This document shows positions 9,349-21,329 of a stretch of 64,000 nt of DNA, in pieces. The notes below the pieces were generated by a model. The model saw nothing but the letters and a program-made list of their open reading frames with translations. It did not search any database and was not told the DNA's origin. Position numbers and translations under genes: made by a program. Numbering within the stretch: position 1 is the first letter of the stretch; every line of letters begins with the position of its first letter. Source of the DNA: Naegleria gruberi (lineage: Eukaryota); the NCBI GenBank assembly GCA_000004985.1, contig GG738869.1, one strand, 5' to 3'.

Positions 9349-12300
9349 ATGCAAAACGTCAATATTTATTCATCACAAAGAAAATACATGAATCGGCAAC
9401 TTTCCAATAACCAGATCTCTTCAATGAGTCAAGACAAAACCAACAATACATCCACAACAACAGTAGGAGAACCAGCACTTCTGGATTCTTCTCCTCACCA
9501 TCAACAACAACAACTCGAAGAAGAATTAATTCCCTCTTCATCATCGTCAACAACAAGCACAACCCCTCCACTATTACTCTCCAATCATAATCATCAAAAC
9601 AACAAGAAAGAAGAACAATCACTTGTTGCTACCAACTATAACACTCCTATCAATTCATCAACTCCTCTCGAAAATTCTTCTCCTTCCTCCTCTCCAAGCA
9701 CGACAGACGCAACAAAATCTTCTTCATCACCAAGTAATTCTCCCGCCAAACCGAAATTCAATTCAAAGGAAAAAACACCACAAGAAATCTACAGTGAATT
9801 GGCACTTGGTATTGCAGGCTCGAATTTTGGTTATCATCAACAGCAGCAACAACAGCAGGTGGGAAATAATGTGAGGCACTCGATAAGTATTCAACAGACG
9901 ACGAATAGGAGAGGAATAGCCTTTGAGTTGGGACGTGATGATGATGATTGTTCGGAAGGATTTAATAAGAAGGATTTGATGGATAAGGCTGATAAGAGAA
10001 AGAGTATTTCGATTGTTAGTAGTTTGGATATTCAACAGGTAAATCCAATTAGTCTTCATAAGAAGAAGAAGAAAAATTCACCAAGTTCAAAACAACCATC
10101 ATCAAATCATCCTAAAGGAGGATTATTCATGTTTTTCAATAATCCAAGAAATTCAATTACTAAAAGATTCAGAGCAAGTGTATCGGGAAAGGAAATGGAT
10201 GATGATTTAACTAAAATTCAACAGGAAATTAATGATCATGAGAGAAGGAGAACTCTTGGTACTACTTCAGACGAGGAAGTTGACGAAGAAACCAAATCCT
10301 TCTATAACATTATTCGAAATGGTGTTAGAAGAGGTAGTTCGAAACAATTGGAAACTCCTGTGAATTCTGGAAGTTTTATGGTTTTGGATGCCTCTCCTAG
10401 GATTCAGTCCAGTGATGTAACAAGAACTGGACCAATTCAAAATGTGGCCATGTCTTTGTGGACTAAGGTTGACAGTACTATTGCATTTAGATTGATGGAT
10501 TACTGCTCCTTGTTTGAGGTGAGCTCCCTTTCTAGGTTGAATCAAGAATGGCTTTCTTTTGTGAAGGGCTATTTTAGTAACCATTGCGATCCAGAAAATT
10601 TGAGAACTTGCATGTTGCTACTCTACTTTAAGTTGCAAGGTATCTTCTCAAATTTGAGAGCAGAGGTTTCTGCTGAGGACAGACATTTGAAATCAGTGTA
10701 TAGCGTTCTATTAAGTCACAAACATCTTTTGGAGCAATCTTTGACTAATACTTCAAAGAATAGAATTAGTATTACAACATCACGAGAACTTGGACTGGGA
10801 GATTTATTTTTGAACACATACCTGAATAATCTATTCAATATTATTCCAAGAGTTGCATACTATACAGCTAGAAAGAATGAAAGGAAGGTCATTAATTTTA
10901 ACGAAATTCAATATTCCTTAACTGTAGAAATATTTTTAAGAGACGAAACAGTTGTAAATACTCTAGATACGTACGATATTGAAAGATATGTACAAAACTA
11001 TTCAGGATCATTCGCTACTCAGTTAATTGCCACCTCAATGGCCTATTTTTCTGTTTACTATCTTAAAATAGAAAACTATACTCCTGCCACAGAACCTTTT
11101 GAGCTTACTGAATATACTGAAGCAGGCACTCCAGAGGCAAGAAGAGTAACTATTTCTGGTAACACACCAACTCCAAATTCGAAAGCAGGATCGTTTTCCT
11201 CACTCAAAAATCTCAAACTTGAAAGTAATTTTGAAGACACTATTGAAATGTTCAGAAGTCCCCGTACTCCTGCTACACCATCATCCAAAAACAATAGCTT
11301 CATAATGGACAAGGGAGAGTTCTTAATTGCCAAAGGTTCAGGTACAACCAAAAAGAGAAGAGAAAGTTTGGCTAGTGAGACTGGATCGGTCTCCTCCTCA
11401 ATCTCTACTCCTAATATTAATTTTAATTTCATTGAAATTATTCCGAAAGATAGTTCAGAGTTGGGCTATTTATTCCTTCTAGAATTCTTCAAGATTCTTT
11501 CAAAGTATATTAGGAGATTAACATTCAGCCGCAAACCTCATGCATCTGAAAGATTTAGAATGGACTATTTCTCTACAATGTCTCTATCACCTAATTGTGA
11601 GACCTTCTCAGCATTTATGACTAATGAAGAGGATGAATTTAAGAAAAATTCTAAAAAATTCAAAAGTGTTTGCAATGCTATTGCAACCTCAGAGGCACTA
11701 ACATGCTTAGTTATGGGTGGAAAGGAATGGAATCAAGAGGATGTCAACATTCTCTTCAATTCCCTTAGTAGGGCCGGTGATGAAATTAAACGAGATAACT
11801 ACAAAATAGATTTGATTCTTCCATGTTTGCTGGAAATTAGTGAAAGATGCACCAAGCCAAAACTGAGACCATCCATCTTCCTTCCTCCACCAACCAGTGA
11901 GAGTCTTGTCAGCGAAATTAATATTGCAGAAATTCATGAAAGTGTCACATCTCCTAGAATTCAAACAGACAGCATACAACCTTCCTTTGTTGTTTCCTCA
12001 TCTGGAGACTCACAAATTTCAAATGATTTTGATGAAGGTATTGTAAGATGGCCAAAACATTTAAAGCGTGTGTATTTGACAGATATCAATGAAAACTTGA
12101 TATTCCATGAAAGATGGTTGAATGGAAGTCCAGAAATGACTTCACTACATTTTAATTTTTCACTTTCTTCTCCTATTAATTTTGATGCTATTTGCCTTTG
12201 CTCAAATCTCAGATATTTACACATTTCAGATTGTGTATTGGGAAATAATAAGAATACAGCTCTGAATTTAATTAATGCAATCAAGAAATTAGACAAACTA

Positions 12301-12654
12301 GAAAGCCTGTCTTTAGAAAGAGTGATTATGGAAAATAATGCTTGGATACAACTCTTTGATGATGTCTTGACAACTTCTCCTACTCTTAGCTCAATAAGAA
12401 TTGTTGATTCAATTAATCAAACAACAATAGTTTCTTCCTTTGTTCATGCCTCAAAAATTAGAATTGGTCAATTGGATAAAATTGAACTCAAATTGAAAGG
12501 CTTCGGTGAAAAAGACAAGCTACTGATCAACTCACTGATTGAACAATTAATGTTACACGGTAATGCCAAGACTGTTATTGCTGATTGTAAATTCCTAAAT
12601 CCAAATCAATCAGGTGAAAAAGACAAATCCAAGAAATCTTGCATAGTCATGTAA
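9349..12654 (+). CDS. Large Ser/Gln-rich hypothetical protein with F-box-like segment and C-terminal LRR-like region
   Basis: 1101-aa ORF with ATG at 9349. It has poly-Q and poly-S low complexity. 'LWTKVDSTIAFRLMDYCSLFEV' is F-box-like. The C-terminal 'LRYLHISDCVLGNNKNTALNLINAIKKLDKLESLSLERV' is an LRR. Confidence 0.6.
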   Translation: MQNVNIYSSQRKYMNRQLSNNQISSMSQDKTNNTSTTTVGEPALLDSSPHHQQQQLEEELIPSSSSSTTSTTPPLLLSNHNHQNNKKEEQSLVATNYNTPINSSTPLENSSPSSSPSTTDATKSSSSPSNSPAKPKFNSKEKTPQEIYSELALGIAGSNFGYHQQQQQQQVGNNVRHSISIQQTTNRRGIAFELGRDDDDCSEGFNKKDLMDKADKRKSISIVSSLDIQQVNPISLHKKKKKNSPSSKQPSSNHPKGGLFMFFNNPRNSITKRFRASVSGKEMDDDLTKIQQEINDHERRRTLGTTSDEEVDEETKSFYNIIRNGVRRGSSKQLETPVNSGSFMVLDASPRIQSSDVTRTGPIQNVAMSLWTKVDSTIAFRLMDYCSLFEVSSLSRLNQEWLSFVKGYFSNHCDPENLRTCMLLLYFKLQGIFSNLRAEVSAEDRHLKSVYSVLLSHKHLLEQSLTNTSKNRISITTSRELGLGDLFLNTYLNNLFNIIPRVAYYTARKNERKVINFNEIQYSLTVEIFLRDETVVNTLDTYDIERYVQNYSGSFATQLIATSMAYFSVYYLKIENYTPATEPFELTEYTEAGTPEARRVTISGNTPTPNSKAGSFSSLKNLKLESNFEDTIEMFRSPRTPATPSSKNNSFIMDKGEFLIAKGSGTTKKRRESLASETGSVSSSISTPNINFNFIEIIPKDSSELGYLFLLEFFKILSKYIRRLTFSRKPHASERFRMDYFSTMSLSPNCETFSAFMTNEEDEFKKNSKKFKSVCNAIATSEALTCLVMGGKEWNQEDVNILFNSLSRAGDEIKRDNYKIDLILPCLLEISERCTKPKLRPSIFLPPPTSESLVSEINIAEIHESVTSPRIQTDSIQPSFVVSSSGDSQISNDFDEGIVRWPKHLKRVYLTDINENLIFHERWLNGSPEMTSLHFNFSLSSPINFDAICLCSNLRYLHISDCVLGNNKNTALNLINAIKKLDKLESLSLERVIMENNAWIQLFDDVLTTSPTLSSIRIVDSINQTTIVSSFVHASKIRIGQLDKIELKLKGFGEKDKLLINSLIEQLMLHGNAKTVIADCKFLNPNQSGEKDKSKKSCIVM

Positions 12655-12662
12655 AACATTAA

Positions 12663-13307
12663 TCATTTCATATCAATTCTATTACGCTCTTTTAAATAGT
12701 GATTTTCTGACTTAATTTCTCCACATACTGCAAAACAAGTTGCAAGAATAGCTGTTGAAATTGATCCAATTTCTAACATTGCCAACAAAACTTCATTAGG
12801 CAATTGCTCAGTCATCAAAGTATGAGGAAGTGTTTGAACAAATTCCAGTAAGCTTCTGGAATGATGAATTTGGATTTTAGTCTCATCAAAGAGTAATACA
12901 CCAGCGATTGCAATATTAACCACAACATCCAAACCATTTAAAACACTTGCAATGAAAAAAAGCTTACTTGCTTTTTTGGATTTTTCTGATTTGGATCTTT
13001 GATAATCAGCAAGACAACCTTGTAATGCTAAAATACCGCCAATCAAAGGCACTGATAGAATAATTCCTCGAGCAAATCTACTTGGAATTATCATACCCAT
13101 TCTCCACAATATTCTCAATCCAATAATTTCATACATTGATTCTTTCATTCGATGAAGAGGTTGCTTCTTATTATTTTGTTGATCATTTGTAAAATTAATA
13201 TTGGAAACTGAGAATTTTCTTTCTTTCGGAATCGTCCAGATAGTTAGTGCTGGATTTTTCTTTGAGATTAACCTATTAATAGGTATTAGGCATTTGAGTT
13301 TAATCAT
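12663..13307 (-). CDS. Small multi-pass membrane protein (hypothetical)
   Basis: ATG at 13307. Several hydrophobic helices (IILSVPLIGGILAL, LFFIASVLNGLDVVVNIAIAGVLLF, GSISTAILATCFAVCG). Confidence 0.5.
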   Translation of the reverse strand: MIKLKCLIPINRLISKKNPALTIWTIPKERKFSVSNINFTNDQQNNKKQPLHRMKESMYEIIGLRILWRMGMIIPSRFARGIILSVPLIGGILALQGCLADYQRSKSEKSKKASKLFFIASVLNGLDVVVNIAIAGVLLFDETKIQIHHSRSLLEFVQTLPHTLMTEQLPNEVLLAMLEIGSISTAILATCFAVCGEIKSENHYLKERNRIDMK

Positions 13308-13354
13308 TTTTTTAATCCAATTAATACACGTTATTACAAATTTACAATTTAAGT

Positions 13355-15019
13355 TTATTTCTTAGCAGGAGCACCAGCAGCTTTTGAAAGAGGAATATCT
13401 TGAGCTGCAGATCTCAATTTTTCTACAGTAAAATCAGTTGTCATTAACTTCCCTGTGTACTTATCTTGAATACCACTCTCTAACAACTCATGCAATTTCT
13501 TTTTTCTTATTAATTCGACTTTCTTTCTCTCGAGTTCCATCTTTCTCTTGAGTAATTCGCCTTCCTCAAGATATTCTCTTCTTTGTTTGTCTTTTTCTTC
13601 TTTAGTGTTATCCATTTGTTGCATCAGCTGTTGTTGAGTCTGAACTCGTCTCTTTTTCTCCTCTTCAGCCTTAAGCTTTTCCAATTCTTCGAGCTTCTTT
13701 TGGTGATCCACAATCCTCGAAAAATCTTCTCTGTCCTCTCTTGCAAGTTCAGCAATCTTATTTTCCTTTTCCATCTTTTGCTTTTGTCTTGTGCCATGAA
13801 GTTCTTGATTCATTTTAACTCTCTTTTCCTCTTCTTGCATTTTCTTTTTTCTGAATTCTCTTTCCAGAGCTTCTTGTGCTCGTTTAGCTCTCAGAGTATC
13901 CATTTCAGAAAGCTTGTCTTGTGCCTTTTCTTGGAGAGCTCTTAGACGAGCAACTTCTCTTTCCTTTTCTGCTCTTAATCGTTCTTGTTGATCCGTTATT
14001 TCTTGTTCTCTTCTTTCCTTTTCTGCAAGGTAGTCAGCAATTTGTCTATCTTCTTCAAGCTCAGCAAGTTTTAATCTTCTCTTCAGAGATATTTGTTCTG
14101 CATTCGCAAGAGCAATTTCTTCCATAAGTAACTTTTCTTGCTTCTTCTTTTCCTCTGCCTCCTTAATATCTTCGGATTTCATCTTTTGCATGTGATACAA
14201 CATTGCATCTTGTTCTTGTCTCTTTAACTCGAGTTCTCTCAGTCTTTCCTTTTCTCTTTCCTTCATTTGTTCTTTAATTACAAGTGATCCATTTCTTCTG
14301 TCTTCTTGTCTCTTTTTTTCTCTTTGTTCATACATTTTAATGGCCTTTAACCTTTCAAGTTCCATCAATTCATCAAGTCGTCTATCTTCCTCTTGTTTCT
14401 CATAGATAATTCTTTGTTTTTCCTCCAATTGCTTGTCTCTAATTGTGACACATTGAGAATACAAGGCCATACTATTCATCCTCTTGACTTCATCAATATT
14501 TTCATCCATTTGAGTGATAGCTTTTTCAAGGAGTTGTAATTGTTTTTCTTCATTTTCTACGTCAAGATCAGATTTTTTCATGTCTCCCTTAGATTTCTTT
14601 TCTCTATCAAGCTGTCTTATACGTTCCTTTCTTTCCATAGCTTCCAATGTTTCTTCCCTTTTTTTTCTTTCAGCTTCCCTTTGTTTTTCAAGAGGAGTTG
14701 CTTTTTCTTTCAGGGTCATAAATTCGGAAGCTGAAATAACGACAGCATCTGGCTGCTTTTTGACAGTTTGTAATGTCCTTTTATCCATTTTCATTGAGTT
14801 ATTTTGTTGTTGTTTTTGTTGTGGTTGGCCCCTTGCTGATGACTTGTTCGTACCAAACAAGTTTTCATCCACAGTAGCCGTATCAGCAACTTTTCTATAG
14901 GTTGATCTTGCGTGAGATCCTGCACTAGATATCGAAGCATTAGATGATGGCTAATATAATAATATCAATTAAAATCAAATATCAGGTTAGAATACTTTGA
15001 GGGTAAGGCAACGTACCAT
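13355..15019 (-). CDS. Coiled-coil protein with trichohyalin/plectin-homology-type E/K/R-rich repeats, CFAP45-like (flagellar); join(13355..14950,15017..15019)
   Basis: The 505-aa ORF has no in-frame ATG (track start is GTG). The in-frame upstream region stays open to 14950 and is preceded by ...AAAAAAATG|GTACGT...TTAG, so exon 1 is the ATG alone, followed by a 66-nt intron (14951..15016). The body is a continuous heptad-rich ERK repeat, as in CFAP45/CFAP53/TCHP. Confidence 0.55.
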
Positions 15020-15214
15020 TTTTTTTGTTGGTTAAAAAACGACAAACTTAACTACGAAAAATATTTGGCGGGAGAAATTGTTTGAATGCATCCACTGGCT
15101 TTTACAAGTATTGACAGCTGGAGCCAATCTTATCAAAGTTTATTATAAGAATAGATTATAACGAGAACATTAGAATAGGTGGATGAAATCAATAAAATTG
15201 CCTTATTAAATAAT

Positions 15215-16875
15215 TTATTGTTCCATTTCTTCATCCTCAGGATCTTCTGAAAGATTAGATGGTTTAAAGATTGAATAGCCGTCAAGACTTGTTGTAATAA
15301 GCACATTTTGGAATTTTGGATGCCAGTGCACTTCCTTAATGTCAACTTGACCCATGTGTTCGAATAACAATTGTGGTGGGATTTCATTTCCGATTTCTTT
15401 TTCAATTTCTTCTTGTTCGGCATCTCTTTCGAGTGAGAGATCCCAAATTGTCACCTTATCAGAATCAGAAGCAGCCAATAACGTTGATTCAATTGGATTC
15501 CATTCTATTGATGTAATAGAATTCTTGTGATAAATAAATTGGCCAACTGGTTTCATAGGACTGCTATCAGAACATTGTCTGACGTCCCAAATACGAATAA
15601 CACCATCATCGTCACCACTTGCAATAAAGTAACTTGTGAGAGGATTCCAAGAAATAACGTTAACATCTGCCTTTTCACTAGCTTCAAAACTGAGAGCATG
15701 CTTTCTATTCTTTTTTCTTGTATCCCAGAATTTAATAGTTCTATCGCATGAACATGATGCAAACACACTGTCTTCACTTGGTGAGAATTGAAGATCCTCA
15801 ACACTTCCTGTATGTCCAACAAATGGTTTATCATAAATTCTCTTCCAAGTATGAACTCCACTATTTGTTTGCATATCCATAACGTTAATTTCACCATTAC
15901 AATCACCAGTAGCAAGTCTACCTTCCACACACTTCGACCAGTCCATAGCAAAACCTTCAGTAGTATGGAAATCGAAAGTTTGAATTGCCTTCTTACTCTT
16001 TGTAATAGATTTTAAGGAACTGGCCATATTTTCTTGTCTTAAAACTTGTGACATTTGTGTCAAGTCATAAATGTGAACCTTAGAGTCCTCACACCAAAAA
16101 CCAACAATATTTCTATTTTGTGGCATTGCTCTTACTCTATTAACATTACCAGTGATTGGAATAGTTTGGTATTCAAGTGATGGTTCATCATCCAAATTTT
16201 CATTATCATCATCTTCATCTTCAACGTCACTTTCATCTGAATCGTAACGTGTTTTGTACATATCGTAAGCTTTAATCATGTAACAATTCTTTTGAGGAAC
16301 AGTTTCATCAGTTTGCACACCCACAACAAAATAACATGACAATGGATAATTCATAGTATCGAGTGGTTGTGAAACAATATCAAAACTCAAAGCAGGCCAT
16401 TCATTTCTGATTTTGTAATTAATTTCGTAGGCCTTATTTTGAAAAGTTAATTCGAATTCTCCATCATTGTAATTCTCTCCAGGACGATAAATATCGGCTT
16501 TGGAATTTATACCTTCTCTATACTTTTCGGCTTCTTCCTCCTCTTCAATATATTGTTTTTCACTGTTTTGTACTTTCAAATTTAATTCATCCATCTTTTG
16601 ACGAAGTTCGGTTTCATCTCCTTCAAATTCATATTCACCTTCATCTTCATCAACGTAGTCTTCCGAATTTTCATCGTATTCATCTTCATATGGATCGCCT
16701 CTACACAAAATTTAATCATCATCATCTATGAAACTAAAAAAACCTACGCTGCATATTCGGCTCTATCTTCATGGTCTGATTCTTCATCAGATGAGTCAAG
16801 ATGTCTGACCACTCTCGATTCATTCTTACTTCCAGAAAAAGTGGCTACTTTACTTCTCTTCTTTGCGCCTGGCAT
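15215..16875 (-). CDS. GRWD1: Glutamate-rich WD-repeat protein GRWD1/Rrb1 (ribosome assembly chaperone); join(15215..16700,16748..16875)
   Basis: Acidic N-terminus plus WD40 repeats ('GHTGSVEDLQFSPSEDSVFASCSCDRTIKFWD'). The track start is TTG. The real exon 1 (MPGAKKRSKVATFSG...EYAA) joins through a 47-nt GTAGGT...TGTGTAG intron (16701..16747). Total length is 1614 nt, in frame. Confidence 0.8.
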
Positions 16876-17004
16876 TTTTTATTGTCTTGTTGACTTCAAC
16901 AATTTTTTTCAAACTTTCATCAACAAGGCTTGTTGGAAAAGTGAAGTAAAATGTTGAACAAGAATAAAAATTTAAAAAAATTGAAAACACTTTAAATTCA
17001 AAAA
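16876..17004. promoter_or_regulatory. Shared ~130-bp divergent promoter of GRWD1 and BRX1
   Basis: The two ATGs (16875 on minus, 17005 on plus) face away from each other across 129 bp of A/T-rich DNA. Confidence 0.4.
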
Positions 17005-18012
17005 ATGGTGACTACCAATAACAACAAGGAAACATCGGTCGCTTCAACAGAGAAGAAGCCAGTTGCTGTGACTACCAACAAGATTAGACAAAAGTTAAAG
17101 CAAATGAACAAACAAACAAAATCAACGGTTACAAATAGTGATAGTACCAATTCTAAATTCCACAACAAACAAAGAACTTTGATTTTATCTTCACGAGGTA
17201 TTCATGCTAAACATAGACATTTATTGAAGGATCTTCGTACCTTGTTACCTCACACTAAAACCGAAAGTAAATTCTCTAAAGAAGGAATAGATGAAGGAGA
17301 TTTGGTTAAAAAACTTCACAGACTTCAAAAGATTGACCACATTGCTGCTGCTTTGAAATGTCCAAATATTTTGTACTTTGAAGTTGATAAGGAATCAGCA
17401 GATACAGAATTGTTTTTATGGATGTCAAAGACTTCAACTGGACCTTCTATGAGATTTAAAGTTGAAAATATCAGTACTATGAATGAATTGAATCTTATCG
17501 GAAATTGTTTGAAATATTCAAGACCATTATTACATTTCGACAAAACATTTGACAATATTGAAGGCGAAGATAAGCTTACTCATCTCCCATTGATTAAGGA
17601 ATTATTAACACAAACTTTCTCTACACCACTTAATCATCCAAAATCAAAACCATTCTTTGATCACATGTTTGCTTTCTATTATTTGGATGGAAGAGTTTGG
17701 TTCAGAAATTATCAAATTGTTACAAAACAATCAAGCCAAGGAGTTGCATTGACTGGTTCCCAAAAACATGAATATTCTCTTGTTGAAATTGGACCTAGAT
17801 TTGTTCTCAAGTTGACTAAGATTCTCAATGGTTCTTTCGATGGTAGAGTTATTTTCAATAGTGATTCACACTTTGTTTCAAAGGCTGAAGTTCAAAGATT
17901 GGAAAGCATTAAACTTGACCTCGACAAGCAAAAAAAGACTGAAAAACACAGAAAGTACTTAGAATTGAGAAAGCCAGCTGATGCTGATGAAGTGAGTTCT
18001 GTTTTCAATTAA
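17005..18012 (+). CDS. BRX1: Ribosome biogenesis protein BRX1 (Brix domain)
   Basis: 'RTLILSSRGIHAKHRHLLKDLRTLLPHTKTESKF...' is the Brix/IMP4 sigma-70-like fold signature. Length 335 aa is typical. Confidence 0.85.
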   Translation: MVTTNNNKETSVASTEKKPVAVTTNKIRQKLKQMNKQTKSTVTNSDSTNSKFHNKQRTLILSSRGIHAKHRHLLKDLRTLLPHTKTESKFSKEGIDEGDLVKKLHRLQKIDHIAAALKCPNILYFEVDKESADTELFLWMSKTSTGPSMRFKVENISTMNELNLIGNCLKYSRPLLHFDKTFDNIEGEDKLTHLPLIKELLTQTFSTPLNHPKSKPFFDHMFAFYYLDGRVWFRNYQIVTKQSSQGVALTGSQKHEYSLVEIGPRFVLKLTKILNGSFDGRVIFNSDSHFVSKAEVQRLESIKLDLDKQKKTEKHRKYLELRKPADADEVSSVFN

Positions 18013-19559
18013 AAGTTTTTTCAAAAAACTGCTGTACTGATTTTTTTCAATATTCCCTAAAGCTCCTCACCTAAAGCAATAATAAGGACTTTGTGAGCGG
18101 ATTTTGAATGATATTGGAGCAAAATTTGTCGTGCCCAACTCAATTTTCCATCACTACAAGATATTAATCACCGCGTTTCATTTTGCTTTTTGTAATAAAA
18201 GTTGTAAAGTTATGACGTTGGATAGCTTTATAGAAAAAAATACCATCACCAACTGACAAACCAAAAATTATTACCTCCCAACAATAATTAGTAACATCAC
18301 ATCCTACCTCGTCTCTTAGGTTGAGTTCTTTTATAAGAAAGTTCTTTTCATGTAGAGGTGTTTTATAATTATTCCAAAATTGAAGTAATTGTTTTACTAC
18401 GAGGTAAACTCACAACAAATTCTCAAGGAGATGATGTTGTGTTTTGGGATGTAATGTTTCTTATTATGTCAGAAAACATCTAGTAAGGAATGATTTATTT
18501 AGAAGAAGAACAACAACAATATTTAGAAGATATAAAACCATCACTGTGGGCTGATGATTTTCAGCAATAATTTAGAGAGACCAAACAAAAAATGATTTAA
18601 TATTGCAACATACAAACACACCACTTCAGCACCAACAGCAAGTAATCGTCTATGGAAAACTTCATCAAAGAGGGTCTCCTTTTTTTCATCACTAAATTCT
18701 ATTGATGAAGCATCATGACTATATCCGAGGATTGTGAAACAACAACCAACAGCAGGCTTTTACGATGATTCCGCACATTTGAATGAAGTATTAGTTTAGA
18801 TCAACTGGTACTGAAAAGGAGAAAAAGTATGCTGCTTGTTTGGCTCCTACCTCATCACTTGCTGTTGCTTTTTGTTATTTACTCCTGAATGCGTTGCTAT
18901 CTTATATATGATTGTGATGTGTTTAATTAATAAGTTGGAGTGGGAGCAGCAACAGGGTAATAAATGTAAGTACCTACGATTTATTTGAAATTTTACCTTA
19001 ATTCCATTTCATAATTGACACCATGGAACATTTAAGGTGAAATCTTCACCAAAATAATAATTTGAAATAGTCAGTTTTGGAAAATGATGTCAGAGAATTT
19101 GATATTTATGAGTGTAATCTTTTCACATTTCAATTTGGTTGGTGCTATACATTCCATCATCAAGACTTAAGGTCCTGCCATTAATTAGAAACTGTGATGC
19201 AAGAAATAGTAACTGTTGTTGATGGAACTGTTTTAGAAGATTTAGCAAGTATTAATGTTGTCTACACAACAGCAACTGTTGCCATCTAAATCCTTACAAC
19301 TCTGAAGGTGAATTCATTTTGAAATATGATCCTCCAAGGGAAACTATGTTCATTCTCACTGATTAAAAGCTGATTTTACCGTTTGATTTGAGTGTAGACA
19401 TTTACAATAGATGATTCTCTTACACATACAGAGGTGAAAGAGATGCACTGATGATGTTCTTTCAACTCTTCAGTTTTGACTCAAGTCAAATTGTCTATTC
19501 AGTGGAAGGTATGGATGAGTTATCTATATAGTAGACACTTATAACTTTAGAATTAGAAA

Positions 19560-20100
19560 GCTATCAATTACCAATAAGACTATCATATTTATTACTTATC
19601 GGTGGACAAGAAGAAGGAAAACTTTGGAAATGAATATTACTGATACTCTTGCTCAACCAACAGGACTTGCTTTTTTCAGAATTCTGAACATGCTTCAATT
19701 AACACCATTCCATATACATTGCCTACAAGTTTTACATCAAGATTGTCAATGATCTTACAATAATTGCAAGATCTAGTGCTCCACCAACTCCAGGTCTGAG
19801 TTAGCAGCTCCTGTTCCTACTCTCAATACAACTATTGCCCCAACAAGTATTGCAGTTGGTGAGGATGGAAAAGTAACACACCCTCAAAATGTTAACACCT
19901 GCTCCAACCTGAACAATTTTTGTCGTGGCTAATACTGGATAATATCGGTCCTATTGAGGATGATGGCTTGGCTATTAGTTCTTCATTTATTACTGTTTCC
20001 TCTGAGGAGATTATTCTTGCTGATTGTATGAACAATAGAATTAGAAAGATTTGTGGAGAGGGAGTCATTACTACCAGTGGCTAATGCCTATGACTAAGAG
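19560..20100 (+). pseudogene. Degenerate NHL-repeat gene relic, paralogous to the NHL/EGF/kinase receptor at 30615..34371
   Basis: Several frames carry NHL-like pieces interrupted by stops: 'PIEDDGLAISSSFITVSSEEIILADCMNNRIRKICGEGVITTSG*', 'ITDTLAQPTGLAFFRIL', 'TIAPTSIAVGEDGKVTHPQN'. Compare 'GNRIRKI...TVCGNG' in the intact gene. No long ORF. Confidence 0.3.
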
Positions 20101-21329
20101 AGATGTTTGAAAGTAATTGACCTAACCTTTCATTTTGCGTATTGTATGGAATGAAATGTCTCTAGTCAAAGAAGTGTTTTTGAGAATTGTGAATAGTGCT
20201 TCAGTGATCGTTTGGGCTCTTGTTGATGGTAAGGAAATGAGTAGAGATATCAAAAAGATTGCATATGATTTTGCCTTCTTTACTATTGATGTTTCACAAG
20301 TTTGCCAAGGAATTGTAGTCATTCAAGTTATGTTAATATTCGTAAAAAAATTGAGAAAATGACTCTTTGCCACCTTGCTGATTTTCGAAGTGGTTTCTCA
20401 GCACCAAACTTTCACATCATCATCTAAACATCAATTTAGTAGTAATATAGTAATTTTTATTGGAGTATTTTCTTCATTATTTTGGAATTTATCTTCATGA
20501 TGAAAAATCACAAGTTGATGAATCATCAGAACATTATTGTTGTTTTCCATCAATATAATAATTTTATTTGTGGAAATTAATATATAGTAATGAAATTACA
20601 CTAAAATCTTCATCACCGTTGGATTTAATGGAAAAGTTGGAAAACTATTAATGTGGCATTGTTGGAAATGGACAATAGTATGATATAAAACTTTGTTTGA
20701 TCACTTTTCATCAAGTATTGATAGAGATAGGTACATGTGAATTTTGAAAACTAACATGAACATTACTCCATGTGTACTTCAACCAACTTGAATACAATCT
20801 TATAGAACTACTAGTACTATTTAAATCACGAATAAACACCATATTCATCATCAAATATTCGTCATCTTGTCGATTACGGAATTTCATTCCACCAGTGTTG
20901 ATTCGGGCCCAACAACAAAATATTAACAATAAAACAATTACCAATACTATTGTTTACATGTTTTATGTTAAATGATCGTAACGATCATCAAGATCATCCT
21001 GTTTTTATTGCATTTCTCATGATAATCAGAAATGTCACAGAGAGTGCCACATATCCATTCTACTCTCAATAAATAATAGTTCCTTTTTACACATGTGCAA
21101 CTTTGCTTATAAACATGATGAATTCATATATTAAAGACTCCAAAGGCTAGTATAATCCTCAATGTGATGTCTAATAATACCATTACAACTTAAAGATAAT
21201 TATCTTATAATTTCATTGAATATGAATTGAATTTGTAAATTGACATAAAACAGTGGTTTATTGTAATTTGGTTTAAAAATAGCTTTCTAAAGCACCTTGT
21301 TGTATCTTGTTGTGACATTTACTAAAAAA

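Noticed and set aside
13583-14900. Antisense ORFs (13583..13945, 13921..14127, 14514..14900) opposite the coiled-coil gene, and 56802..57566 opposite RPS8
   Set aside because: They are low-complexity shadow frames of repetitive or GC-biased coding sequence on the other strand, with no independent start or conservation signal.
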